From Xylographa opegraphella (lineage: Eukaryota), in assembly GCA_022813865.1 (NCBI GenBank), contig JALDZX010000042.1, positions 1 through 64,000 of the forward strand: DNA of 64,000 nucleotides, written 5' to 3'. The stretch's first letter is position 1. Every line of letters begins with the position of its first letter. The notes beneath the pieces are model-generated. The model saw only the letters and a list, made by a program, of their open reading frames with translations. It was not told the DNA's origin and ran no database searches. Of the stretch, positions 36,912 through 49,690 are shown one piece after another. The translations under genes and the position numbers were made by a program.

Positions 36912-39191
36912 TCACGACGTCAGCATCCGCGTCCAATCGAACTTCCGCCATCTCTTCCTGAAGCCGTCCACCCTCATGTCGCCTCGATCCCACCTCCCTT
37001 GCCTCTTGACCACCTCGGGCCCCACATCCAGCATCCCGCCCAGGATCTCCCTGGCAAAGAGGTCGCCCTTGGGCCAGCGGCCAGCGTCTTCGACAATGTG
37101 TCCCAAGCCGCCATCGATCTCGAACCAGACGTGGAAGTACGGCATCTCCTTCACCAAGCTCCGCCGGAACGCCATCTTCCCCTGGCCGTGCCGTGCGTTG
37201 GCGAGGGTGTCGATGAGCTTCTTGTGCTGCGTCCATTCCTCGTCCGCGGACAGGATCGCCTCTTTGAAGAACGCCGGCGCCGTCTCGCCCAGGCGGTATG
37301 GGAGCGGGACCGCCTCCATGCCGGCATGCTTCTTGCGCTGGGGCACCGCCGCGTTCTCGTAGAAGATCACCGCGCGGCCCTGGTCGTGATACATGCGAGT
37401 CAGCGATTTCATGAAGTTCTGCCACAGCGTTAGTTGAGGTGATTTGGGGAATCGAGGCATGAGAGAGCCCGACCCGGATTTCTTCCCATTCATCATCGTC
37501 GCACTCCAGCAGGTTGATCCGGTGCTGGAGAGGCACGATGCACGCCCCACCGTCGCTGATCTCCGGCTCGGTCGGCAGCGTCAGGTACACTCTGGTGGCC
37601 AAGGAGACCACGGGAGCGACGGGCGGCGTGTCGGTGTCTTCGTGGTAGCATAGCGGACAACTGTCGAGGATGCGGTTCATCTTCTGGAAGTCGGCGATGG
37701 CCGTGTTCCGCAGGCTGAGCTCCGATTTCTGCACCCGCGTCGCGAGCTTGGTGGCGTTCTCATCCATGTAGTCGAGGTCATTCTAGAAGAGAGAACACCC
37801 ATCGATCAGCATGAAAAGTAAAAAAAGGTTTCCCTAATCAAGAACCCCCCCCCAAGAAAAACTTCAGATCTCCAACATACATCGAATTTCCCATCCTTCG
37901 CTATCCGCTCCGCAAAGCGCTGCCCCTCGCCCCCCGCCTGTCCTCGCGTCCGCCGCTCCTCCCGCACCATGTCCGCGACGCTCATGTCCGCGTTCTCGGC
38001 CACCAGCCCTCGCTTGCTACCCACTTCCGAGACCTCGCCGCGCCGCCCACCCCCAGCGAGCATCCGGCTCTCCATCGGCCCGAGCACAAGCACCGCCGGC
38101 TGCTGCGTGGCGCTCGCTGCCGCTGCCGCAGCAGTAGTGTACTCCGCCTCCAGCGCCGCAGCGTCCGCCGCACCGCGGAGCGTCGCCCGCATCATCCGCG
38201 CCTTGAGCTTGTTCAGCGCCGTCTGATCCAGCAGCGGCGCCGTCGGCCGCACGGGCGGAGCTTCCCCCTCTCCGAGCTCTTCGCTGCGTGGTGCCCGCCC
38301 GACCCCCCCATCTGCCTCGCCCCCCGTCCCCTCCCTCCGCAGCCCCGCATCCATCTTCCGCTCTTGGAACAATTCCCCGCTCGGCTTCTCCTTGCCCATA
38401 TACCCCTCCCCGTACGTCGCCCTGCGCTCCAGCTCGAGCTCCTCTTCGCGCGCGTCGTCAAAGGCCCGCAGGTCCCCGTACGTGTCTAGCGCTACCGCCT
38501 CCACCGCGCGGCCCGCTTCTGTCGCTTGTCTGTACACGGCTTTGAGCTTCAGCAGACGCCACTGCGCGCCTGCGTCTCCGAATGTGTAGTCGACGGCGTG
38601 CCGGGATGGTTTTTGTAGGCTCTCTTCAACCTCTTCTTCCTCCTTCGTATTATTGTTGTTGCTGAGTGCGGTCCGTAGGTGATGCTGGCTAAGGTCGCGG
38701 TCCTGGAGCTTTTGCTCGGAATCGGCTTTGCCGGCGACGAATGTTGAGGTGTTAGCTGCGTGGTCGTGGGGACGGCGGTGGATGTAGTCGACTGCGAGAG
38801 AGGTGGGGGCTTCCATCCAGGCGTCGCGCTTTAGGGACTCGCCGGGGGGATGCTCGGCTGGAGTTTCGTCCGTGGTTGGGAGGGGAGGGTCTTCGTGCTC
38901 GACTGCCACCGCCGCGCGCTCGTCTTTGTCCGCGGCGGGGTCGCGTGTCGTGGTTGAGGGGTCGCCATGGTGGCGGTGGTGGCGGTGGCTGCGATGCGGG
39001 ATCTCGGGCTCCGGGGTGCCTGAGTATGTGGAGGGTCGGGGGCGTTTGGAGCGGTGGGTAGAGGGGTGCGATCGGTGGTGTCGGCGATGTTCGTCGTCGG
39101 TGCCTCTATGGCGCCTTTTTGATTTCGTCGCGTCCTCCTCTTCCTTCCGCTGTGAGTCGGCTAGGCTTTTTTCGAAGTCTTCGAGAGTCAT
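36912..39191 (-). CDS. CWF19: Pre-mRNA splicing factor Cwf19 (CWF19L2; CwfJ C-terminal domains)
   Basis: LKRDAWM, YTFGDAGAQWR, CPLCYHED, ECDDDEWEEIR|NFMKSL, MPYFHVWF..DGGLGHIVED and WRKFDWT; introns 37783-37880 and 37419-37473. Confidence 0.93.
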
Positions 39192-39390
39192 GGTTTGGGC
39201 GGTGGTGGTTGGGTTTGGGTGGATGGGTGGATGGGTGTTTGTAGAAAAAACGTCATAGGTGAGGTCGGTGCGCGGATTGGCAAGCGAGAATTGGGGACCT
39301 CTAGCTTAAACTATATTTGAGATTTGGTGTCCAACCACCACCGACTATGCGTCAATAACTCATGTCGGAGTAGCTAAACATCTCTTCAAA

Positions 39391-40670
39391 ATGGCAGAGT
39401 CACCTGTAGCAATCGTCTGCGTCGGCATGGCCGGTGGGTTCTTCCTCTCCCACTACACCGTGCCCAGCTCTAACGAACCACCACCCCCACAGGCTCCGGC
39501 AAAACGACCTTCATGCAACGCATCAACTCGCACCTGCACGCGCAGCGCTCCCCGCCCTACGTGATCAACCTCGACCCCGCGGTGCGGAACGTTCCCTTCG
39601 ACAGCAACATCGACATCCGCGACTCGGTCAACTACAAGGAAGTGATGAAGCAGTACCAGCTCGGCCCCAACGGCGGCATCCTCACCAGCCTCAACCTATT
39701 CGCCACGAAGATCGACCAGATCCTCGGCCTGCTCGAAAAACGCACGGCCCCCGATCCCGAGAGGCCGGACGCCGCGCCCATCAAGCATATCCTCATCGAC
39801 ACCCCGGGCCAGATCGAAGTCTTCGTGTGGAGCGCGTCCGGGGCGATACTGTTGGACTCGTTGGCCTCGACCTTCCCGACTGTGATTGCGTACGTGATCG
39901 ATACGCCGAGGACGGGGTCGACGAGCACGTTTATGAGTAATATGCTGTACGCGTGCAGTATCCTCTACAAGACGAAACTGCCCATGATCCTCGTCTTCAA
40001 CAAGACGGACGTCAAAGACGCCGCCTTTGCCAAGGAGTGGATGACGGACTTCGAAGCCTTCCAAACCGCGCTCAAGGCCGAAGAGGAGCGCGGCAGCTTC
40101 GAGGGCGGCGGTGGCGTCGGCGGCGGGTCCGGGAGCGGCTATATGGGCTCGCTGCTCAACAGCATGAGTCTCGTGCTTGAGGAGTTTTACCGCCACCTCA
40201 GCGTCGTCGGCGTCAGCTCCATGACCGGCGCCGGCGTGGCCGACTTCTTCGCCGCCGTCGAGGAGAAGGCGGCGGAGTATGAGCGCGATTATAGGCCCGA
40301 GCTGGAGCGGCGGCGGGAGGAGAGGCGCAGGGATAAGGTCACGCGCAGGGACAAGGAGCTGGGGAAGCTGATGCGGGATATGAACGTCGCGCCGGGCGGG
40401 GAGGGTGCGAGGCCGGTTTCTGGTTTGAGCGCGGCGAGGGCGGCGCAGAGGGAGGGGGCGGGTACGCTGAGTGATTTGGAGGATGAGGGGGATGGGGATG
40501 AGAGGGACGAAGAGGAGGAGGAGGAGGAAGAGGACGGGGGAGAAGGGGGTGCGGAGGAGGGCTTGGAGGGGAGATATCAGAGGGCATTGAGGGACGAGAG
40601 TCAAGCGGTCGCGTCGGGGGAGGACCATAGCTTCGCGCGCTATTTGAACGCGAGTAGTATTAATCCTTGA
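39391..40670 (+). CDS. NPA3: GPN-loop GTPase 1 (Npa3)
   Basis: VGMAG|SGKTT P-loop, NLDPAV, LGPNGGI (GPN loop), DTPGQIEVF and NKTD; acidic tail; intron ~39434-39492. Confidence 0.95.
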
Positions 40671-41457
40671 CATGCTTTGTTTGTTCTTTTCGAGCCCGCT
40701 TCTAGCAGTGGGTGGGCGGGCAAGCAATTTGGGTGTACGGCCTGGGGCCGGGGGCGAGGGGCTTATATCCTCTTGCTATGTTTGCGGAGGCGCTTCACTC
40801 TATTTCCTTCTAAGATACCCGAAATTCACTCATCCTTTCAAGCCTCCTCGGGGCCAATTCCCCAACCCTCCCTCGCTCCACGCGTCCATTCAAAAAATGC
40901 GCGCTGCTATCGACGCACGGTTTCCTAGCATAGTACAGCGCGCGATCGACAGCCTCAAGGAGAAGTGGTTGTAGCACAGCACCATGCCGCCTCGCCTTCG
41001 CTGTTAACGCACCGGCTATCCCGCACGTGCGGACCGGAGTGGAGGGATCTCTCGATGGGTGTGTCGAGGGGTGGAAAGCGGCCCGGGGGGGGGGATTGTT
41101 CAGTTTTGTTTTCATCGAGGGTGTTCCTTTAATTTTCCACAGCCGTGACGAATGGTTCTGTCCGATATGCGGCGTTCCGTGGTCAGCAGGGCGGTTAATG
41201 TAATGCGGAAGGCGATTTAAGCGCTTTTGTGTTCTTTTGGCGTGTGTTATAACGGGTCTGTCGTGATCAGGAACTGTGTCGAGAGGAGATGGAGGGTGAG
41301 GAGAGACTTTGGTTCCGGGCTACGCAACATAGATCTTCTAATAGGTAGATGCATTGATATCTTCCCTTTCTAACCACAATATCCGTCCCCCACCATCTCA
41401 CACCATGCGACGCTAAATATCAAGCCATCCTCCCCACCTCCCCCCCAACATGCTTCC

Positions 41458-42093
41458 TCACTCCCCCCACCGCCCACCTTCCCACTTCGCCACCGCCTCC
41501 TCCCACCCCTCCCCACCCACGCCCTCACACCTCCCCCCAACCACATCCCAGCTCCTCCCCCTCACAATCCCCTCCACGCCCCTCTCGACCCTCACCCTCC
41601 GCGCCAACTCCTCCGTGCGCGGCTCCTTCGGAAAGAAGCGCCCGCTGTACGGATCCAGCCGCTCGTCCACCACCCTTTCCCGATCGCGGATCCCCTCCGC
41701 CTGCCGCGCCAGCAGCTCCGGATCGTCCGGGTCCGGGGACGTGGCCACCGAGGCGCAGTACGTCAAGGCCTGCGTGCGGGCGTGCCAGGCGGGGAAGAGG
41801 GCGGTGGCGAGGTAGGTTTTGCAGGTGGTGCGGGGGACGCGGTGGGATGAGGGGTGGGGGCGCGGGGCGGTGCGGTTGAGGGGGGTGAATGGCGCGGAGG
41901 GGGTGAGGGCGTTGAGGGTGGCGAGGAGGGGGTCGTCAGTTGTGGCGCGCGAGAGGCGGAGGAAGTCTGGGTGGGGTTAGATGGCGGAGGACGGGGTGGA
42001 GGGGATGGGAGACGGACCTTGTAGGGCGGTGGGATGGAAGCAGAACTGGGGCGTCAAAGCTGGGGGTTGTGCTTCTTCTGAGGGGATGGGCAT
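41458..42093 (-). CDS. MIX23: Mitochondrial intermembrane-space protein Mix23 (Cid2/CCDC58 family)
   Basis: LTPQFCF...LQ|DFLRLSR..DD, LFPAW..R...LTYC and DERLDPYSGRFFPKEPRTE; intron 41967-42017. Confidence 0.88.
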
Positions 42094-42731
42094 CGTGGGA
42101 GGTGGAGGCGCGGGCGCGGCCGAGGGCGAGGGCGAGGGCGAGGGTGAGGGTGAGGGCTCAGGGGCCCAGAACGAAAGTGCCAGGATGAGGGAGTATGGGA
42201 GACGGTCTGGCTGTGTGGAATGATGGTGCGGAGGATGTTCAAGGACCTTGAAGATGTGGCTGAAGACACGGTGGGAGACGTCGAAATCGGAATGGCAAAT
42301 CGGAATTGCGGTTAGAGTACGAAGTATTAGGCTTGAGATCAGGCTAGTCAGGGCTACCGCCCAGCATGACGTCGTCCACAGTCGCGTCCGCGGCTCGAGT
42401 CACGTCTTCGAGCACCGCGCTTGAGCAGCACCGCGCTTAGTCTGCGATTTCTGTCGTCTGGACGAGTGGACCGCCTTGGGTTTGCGCCTTGTATTTTACT
42501 TACCATTCTATAGATTGGCTGGACCGAGTTTACTTTGGCTTTGTCGCGTTAGCATTGCTTGACAGCATTGCTTGACAGCATTACAACCGTCGCCTCTCAA
42601 GCCATTCGTCGTCAATCGGAGCGTTCCCTTCACACAGCTTATTGCATGCAGCCACCAACGTTGAAACTTCTCATTCGTCCATTTCGCTGTTAGAAGTCTT
42701 CTGCTACTTTGCTCAATTCGCATCCAAGAAT

Positions 42732-44609
42732 ATGCCTGAAATAGGAGAAGGTAGCATAGCCTGCTTGGGGATACGCTACACTGTATACGTGCTTACATAT
42801 GATACGACGCAGTCGCTCGAATCGTCAATTACATCCGACAGCATCTGGTAGGGAGAACTCTCGCGGTCGTCAAAGCCCAGCATGACGAGAACGTCTACGG
42901 CAAGGTGGGGACCTCGGCGACGGAGTTTGAGAAAGCCTTGGCGGGGAAGAAGGTGCTGGGCGCGAAGCAGCAGGGAAAGTACTTCTGGTAAGATACGCGA
43001 GACTGGTTCTTCTGCATTTTTGGTCGATATCGCACAATGCCTTGCGGCAGAATCGTTAATCATGTTTAAACATAATTTCCTCTAGAGCCCTGCCGGGAAT
43101 GCACAATCTTTTGTGATTTTATCGGTGATAGTGTATAGTTTTAATTCTAAGACTGCATCTGACACTTCATTCCCTCTAGGTTAGAGATGTCCTCGCCACC
43201 CCATCCCTTGATGCATTTCGGCATGGCTGGCGTAGGTATCTCCCCCCATAGATCGCATATAGCAATTGGAAATAGGCAGACACCTGCTGACCTCTCATCA
43301 CAGTGGTTCAAGATCAAAGGCTTAGAAACGGCGTATTACAAACCTACAAAACCAGTACCCGCGGACGAGTGGCCCCCGAAGTACTGGAAGTTCACACTCG
43401 AAACCCTCGAAGAGTCGGGTAAACCGGTAACCGAGGCTGCCTTTGTAGACTTCCGCCGCTTCGCGCGCATCAGGTTGATAGACTGTCCTGCCGAGGAAAT
43501 GCGCAACACAACGCCGCTGAAAGAAAACGGTCCAGATCCTGTCGCTGACAGAGATATTCTGACTGTAGAATGGCTGGCAGAGATATGTGCCAAGAAGCAT
43601 ATTCCCATCAAAGCCTTGTTGCTGGATCAGGCAAACGTCAGCGGCATCGGCAACTGGGTGGGGTATGTCTTCACTGCTTTGTTGTCGTCGAGCGGGATCT
43701 ATGCTTGTGAGAGGCTACTGACTAATATCACGCGTGTACAGGGACGAGATCATGTACGACGCCAAGATCCACCCGGAGCAGTACAGCAACACTCTCTCCG
43801 CAGCTCAGATCACCCAGCTCCACAAGTCAATCCACTACGTCTGTTCACTATCGGTCGAGACACTGGCAGATTCTAGCAAATTCCCTGAAGAATGGCTCTT
43901 CAAACACAGGTGGGGCAAGGGCAAGAAGGATAGTAAAAACCAACTACCAAACGGTGCGAGAATAGTGTTTATGACTGTCGGAGGCCGGACAAGCGCCGTC
44001 GTGCCGAGTGTCCAAAAGAAGACGGGAAAGGTGGCCGGTGACGTCAAGAGAGAGGATCTGTCGGAGAGTGAGGCCGATGCAGTTCTGAGAAACGGGGATG
44101 AGTATAAAGAGCCAAAGCTGAAAGCTAAGGCAAAGGCAAAAGGCGCAAAAGGCACCAAGAAATCTCAAGACGACGAAACAGTTCCAGAAGTATCTGAAAC
44201 AAAGTCCACCGCGACGAGCAGCAAGCGCTCGGCGCGTGCAGCAAAGCAAAAGCCCACCGATTCAGAGAGCGAGCCCGTCGTCAAAAACGCTCCCATTACA
44301 AATGGCACTCCTCCCACGTCCCGAAAGCGCAAGCCCAGAAATGCCCAGAACCATGACGCTGCTGAACAATCACTAAACGAAGAAGAGCCAAAAAGTGAAG
44401 AACCCACAGACGCAGATGCCGAGCTGCCCAAAAGCAAGAAGCGGAAACCGCTCGCTAAGACCGTCGCCCGAACGGCCAAGAAGCCCATGGCGAATACGAC
44501 CAAGAAGAGAGAATCGACTATGCGGGCTACCAATGCTGAAGTTGCGAGTGCTGAAGTGGACGCCCCTGCGCGACGAAGGTCCGCCAGGGTCAGCGGAGGC
44601 GGTGCGTGA
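42732..44609 (+). CDS. Formamidopyrimidine-DNA glycosylase (Fpg/MutM family) with basic disordered tail
   Basis: N-terminal MPEIGEV, QQGKYFW, HFGMAG, DFRRFARI, H2TH region IKALLLDQANVSGIGNWV.DEIMY and VGGRTSA; four introns. Confidence 0.93.
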
Positions 44610-45567
44610 AGGGGGAACTGGGGAGTTTGGAAGATATCTGTGGACAGCTATCTCAAGAATCCCACAATCTACTGGGAAGGTATTGGGTAGATCTTAACCA
44701 ACAATCAATGCAACATCTTCGCGCTATTCGCATCAAGGGGCTCGTCGGACTTCCTACCGCGCAATGTCCATCACCCTGCCCCCTCCTGCGTACTTCTCAA
44801 GCATATCTTGTTCCATAACTCTACGGCCCCAAACTCCCCGCCCACGCCTTCGCATCCACATTCCCTCTTCGACCTCTTCTGCCACAAGCCATGCCCAACC
44901 GCCATCGTAAAACACGGCGTTCCACTAAACCCTGCTATCAGTCCCTCCACCACCAATGCACCGTCGGCATTTAGTAACTAATCTCACACATCCCCGGTCT
45001 TTTCTCTTTCCCATCTTCGGCCCACCCTCCCTTTCCCCCTCTCCTTCCGCAAACATTCTCACACCCCCCCGATTGACGATATAGGGCGCGGGGCTACGGA
45101 GCGGGAGCGCGGGACAGAGACCCCGATTGCATAGACGGACAGCTACGGGTGTAGATGCTCCGTGGCGAGTCGGCATCGGCATATTCTACAGTGTTTTCTC
45201 AGGAGGACAGGTCTCGCGAGACCTGGCTGGCCCCGGAGCCTGACTACGCGTGGCACGCAGCCTGGTATCGCAAAAGAGGGACCGAGGGGTCTACGGTACG
45301 CAAACAAGGTGCTTTCAAGCCCAGCTAATAGGGCAGATGGAACTTGTAGAGAGCAAGGTGCGTAGATATGCGCAGATCAGATGTGACCTCGGCGGGTGGG
45401 ACAAGGTGAGATGTCTTTTTGGAAGACCGAGCTAGCGTCGCCATTGGCCTGCTGGGAAACAGACAGCCTATCACTACCTATGTAGCTTCGCGGCAAGCTC
45501 GCGAGCGATAACTTCCTTTTACATGGCTCCTATCGTACCCTCAACCAGCACTTTCCTTTCTTGTCAA

Positions 45568-48215
45568 TCAGGGCTTTTTCTTTTCCTTGACTTGGAAGAT
45601 AGCCGCTTCCGGCCACCGTTCCGCCGCCTTGGCTGAGACTTTCGACGCATCACCTCCCCATTCCTTGACGATCTCTAGCGCTCGAACCGCGTCAGTCATT
45701 CCTATCGATTCCTCGCTTATCATGCGCAGCACTTCTTTCTCGTTCGCTTCTCTGGTTCCGGGGTCGAGGAACTGTCGGGCCTGGAGGCCTGCCAGTTGAT
45801 GCTGGGCACTATCCTTGTGCTCCTTCAGGAAATCGTTATTGTGCTTTTCGAGGTCGGCTTTCGATGATGGGTAGCGTGACGAGAACTCTGAAGTGATGAC
45901 TGCCGAGACTTTTGGTGACAGGGGGTCGGCGAGGGTGGAAAGCGCGTGTTGTAAACGGATAAGTTGGTAATGAGCTATCGGATCGGAGGGTGAGGTGGAG
46001 AGGGCGGCGAGGAGACAACGGACTGCGAGAAGGTACTTTTCTAGGAGCCGTTAGCATTCAAGTGATGTGGTCACTGGAGTAACGAAGATGCGCGCTGTGA
46101 ATACATACTGCGTCGGATAAACACCTCGAAGCCCACTCGTTGTGCTTCTAGGCTCTTAGGACTGAATTCCAAGAGAGGATCCAAGAACTTCATGGCATCT
46201 TTTAGTGGTTCGGTGGTCTGCACAAGCTTCTCACCCTGAGGATCAGTGTCCACCTTTTTTACCTCGCCATCTGCACCAGCTACACCAGCAGTCTTTTTGG
46301 CATCTTTCTTCTCGGCATCAACTTGATCTTGCTTCTCCTTCTCCTTCCGCGCTCTCTTTGCCGCCTTCTTTGCCTCGTTTGGATCAAGCTTACCATTACC
46401 ATTCACGCCATTGGGATGTGAGCCGTGAGCTAAATAGGGGTTGTCGTGTAGTAAAATGTAACACTGGATGGCGTTCATTGCCGCCCGCGAATAAAATGGA
46501 TGATCTCGAAGGTGATCCTCCCACCGTATCATATCCACATATGCTCGTATTTGGCCTTTCCGTAATGAAAAACTATGAAAGTCGAATTGATCTTCTTGCC
46601 AGACCTCAAAAATGTTATAGACAGCGGTAAAGCGCTTCAAGGCTAGACCGATTCTCATTTGTCTCATATACGATTCCCCGTCTTCTGTGATGTACCATAT
46701 ACACTGCATGTCATGGAGATCTCCTAGGGGACCGCCCACAGCTTCAACTTTCGTGAACTTCTTCATGGTCTCGAGTGCGGTTTCGTGATCATCATTCCGT
46801 AAATGGTACTTGGCAGCTTTGGTGTATATGTACCGGTCTCTGATGTCTAAACTTCGAGCATATTCCATTGTCTCTGCTGCTTTGTGAATATTGCCATTGT
46901 GTTTCCATATCCTTGCCTTTGTCATATGGAGGTCAACGGAATTCGGACTCAATTCTATCGCCTTGTCGATATAACTCATAGCTTTCGGTAGATCGCGACT
47001 CAGATAGTAGTTGTAGTGTTGCGCAAGGAAGTAGAGTGTGGAAGTCTCGAAAAGAGAACTCGAGCCATTTGTTTGTTTGTCGGTAACACCATTCGTCTGT
47101 GGTGTATGAGTGCCAGCGGCATAGCTTTCAACGAGTTCCTGTACCACGTTGCATTTACTGGAATCCTTATACAGGGCTTTAATGTTTGCGAAAGTTGAAG
47201 GAACGCCTTTGTGGAGCATTCGTTGTAAGTATTGATCTGCTGCTTCCCGGAAATCGTCACCTTGGTAGAAGTCCAGTGGGATCCTTCGTGCGGCATCCCC
47301 TCTTGGGTTTTTGTCGGCATACGCACCATAAAGCTGTTTGATAGCCGTGGAGTCTGACAGATCCAAGCCCAAAGCACTCTGTAGACCTTCATAGTATACT
47401 CGAAGTTCCGCATTCCGATCAATTAATGCTCGGTATACCTTTTCTGCTTCCTCTTTCCTTTCGAGCCTCAATAGGTATGTAGCTCGCATTTCCATTACCG
47501 ATTGCTTATCAACGCTGTTTTTTGCCGCTGCATCCAAGTGCTCAAGTGCTCGTTCAATCTCCCCCATCTCTGCAATGATTGTGTTTTTGTACAGAACAGC
47601 CTCAGCATGTTCCATATCGGTCTTTGGTGGTGGACTCTTTAATGTTTCCTCATACGTTGTCATTGTCCTTTCTGCCTCCGTCAACTCACCAGCAAGATGG
47701 TGGGCAATTGCCAATGCTGTCCAATTGGCCCTCAGAGCAGGCCGCGCTTGCAGCATCGCCTTTCGACTTTGTATATAGCCTTGATAGTCTCGCATCTGCA
47801 TCTGCAGCAGCGCCAGGTCCCGCTGGATCTGCTGCGATTCCGGTTCCAATCGCAGTGCAAACTTGTACGCCTTGATAGCCTCCTCGAAGTTTTTCGCCGA
47901 CCGCCAGAGCAGGCCGTAGACATGCCAACAGACGTGAGACTTCATGTCGTTGGTCAGTGCGATTTTGGCCAAGGCGAATGCCTCATCGGAATGACCTTGG
48001 GAGTTCATTATGAGTGCCTTCATAGCTTGTGTGTCCCCATGATTAGGAGCTTTCCGCAGGATCTGTTCCGCCGCTTTGAGCCCTAGGGAACTGTAAGTGT
48101 TCTGTCATAGATGAGGTAGACAAGCTACAGTACCTTTCTTGTACTGCTTGTTCTCATAGTTCTTCACCACTTGTGTGAAAAGTGTTCGCTCCTTGGAGCT
48201 GAGAGGCTGAGGCAT
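45568..48215 (-). CDS. NAT1: N-terminal acetyltransferase A auxiliary subunit Nat1 (NAA15)
   Basis: MPQPLSSKE..YENKQYKKG, SHVCWHVYGLL, RDLALLQ, KARIWKH and EDQFDFHSFSLRK; introns ~48083-48133 and ~46041-46108. Confidence 0.95.
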
Positions 48216-49428
48216 AGTGGTGACCAAGCCGTCTCACACAATCCTCTCCCACGAAGGGTTTCGACGTAGGTTGAAATACAGCTGAAGAAGCTCAAGCCCG
48301 ATTCTTTAGCTTTTTGGTCGCGGAGCTAGGAGGAGTTAAGGGAGTGCGGCCACGCTGCGCAGGTAGACTGGAAAGTCTATAATCCCTTCTCGTTGTATTG
48401 AAACAATATTCCTACTCAAAAAATGGAAGCTGCTTGACTGCGTATACGATGCAAAAGATAGATTGTATGCCTTCTCTCTTGACCGCGTCTATGTTCAATT
48501 GCTTGTTGCCGTCAGAAAGGTTTCGGCTGTCAAGCCGCATCACTCGAACTCCTGTACCGGGCATCGGAGCATAAAATATTGGATCACACCGGTCCGTTTC
48601 CTATTCCTCGAAGAATTTATGTTTGCTCCAATAGCATTCTCAGCTTGCTTCGTGCTATTAATGAACCATTAGGGATCCAAGGTTGACTCGTAATGTTGAG
48701 ACACAATGATACACAACCACGAGATACCAAATGTGCTTTAACCTTCATCAAAAACGTGAACGAGCTACGATTGAATATTCTTATTTTATCAGGACCACTG
48801 TAGGGCACATCTAAAGGCTAGAATTACCCTTCCTGCGCCATCAACTATCGTCTTACATTCCATCATTCCCGCTGCCACGACTGCTGCATCAGAGCGATAG
48901 TGCTTGCAAGCCACTACGCTCCGTTAGGGATTTCGATCCCCCACTGCTGAACCTCCTCTTTAACATCAATAACATAGAATATGAGTCTTGTAGTCTCTGG
49001 TTGCAGTTGGTCGTGTCGTTTAACCGTGGTCTTGTTCAGTCAATAGATACCCCTTTTGCAACCACTGCAAAACGTCCAGTCAAATGGGGCAATAGAACCA
49101 GTTGTATCCTATTTTCAATCTGGGTTTGAGGGAATGGCTTTAGATCAGCTTGATCTGCTGAGACCCATTCCTTCATATACTGAGTGGCCACAGGTTTGTC
49201 GGTGTAATAGCTAGATTCGAGGCGACGAAGCATACGGTTTAAACCGCAGCAAAAGGTCAGACATTCCGTTTTCCGATGTCTAGCTTTGGAGGAATGCATC
49301 AAAATCGAATTTCTCGAGGTTCTCAAGGTCCTTCGTCAAATTCTCCTCAAAGATTGATAGGACATCAGCAGATGAACCGCGGAAGTCTGCGTCGTCCAGT
49401 TGTGCAAAACTCTTGTCAAAATTAGCTT

Positions 49429-49491
49429 GAATCGGCTCAGCTGGAATCGGCTCAGCTGGAATCGGCTCAGCTGGAATCGGCTCAGCTGGAA
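49429..49491. repeat. 4 x 15 bp perfect tandem repeat (GAATCGGCTCAGCTG); reads PAEPI x4 on the - strand
   Basis: Units start at 49429, 49444, 49459 and 49474. Confidence 0.95.
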
Positions 49492-49690
49492 GATTCGAAA
49501 TAGGAACTGAATCCTTATTGATCTGATAGCGCTGTAGAACCCTAGCCTGCAGCGCCGAGTCTGCAGCCTGGAATCTTTCAATCTGAGAATACTTAAGGGT
49601 ATCTGGATCTATGTCGTTCTCCCTTAGCGCCGACAGAGCTTGAGCATGCGAATCCAGGCGTTCTTGATCTGATAACGTTACCTATGTTTC

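Noticed and set aside
39696..40727. 343 aa - strand ORF and similar long ORFs in skewed islands
   Set aside because: Shadow ORFs caused by stop-codon depletion opposite NPA3 and other real genes
42732..44609. Fpg/MutM as a recent bacterial transfer
   Set aside because: Four spliceosomal introns and a basic tail without a zinc finger match the known plant/fungal Fpg type
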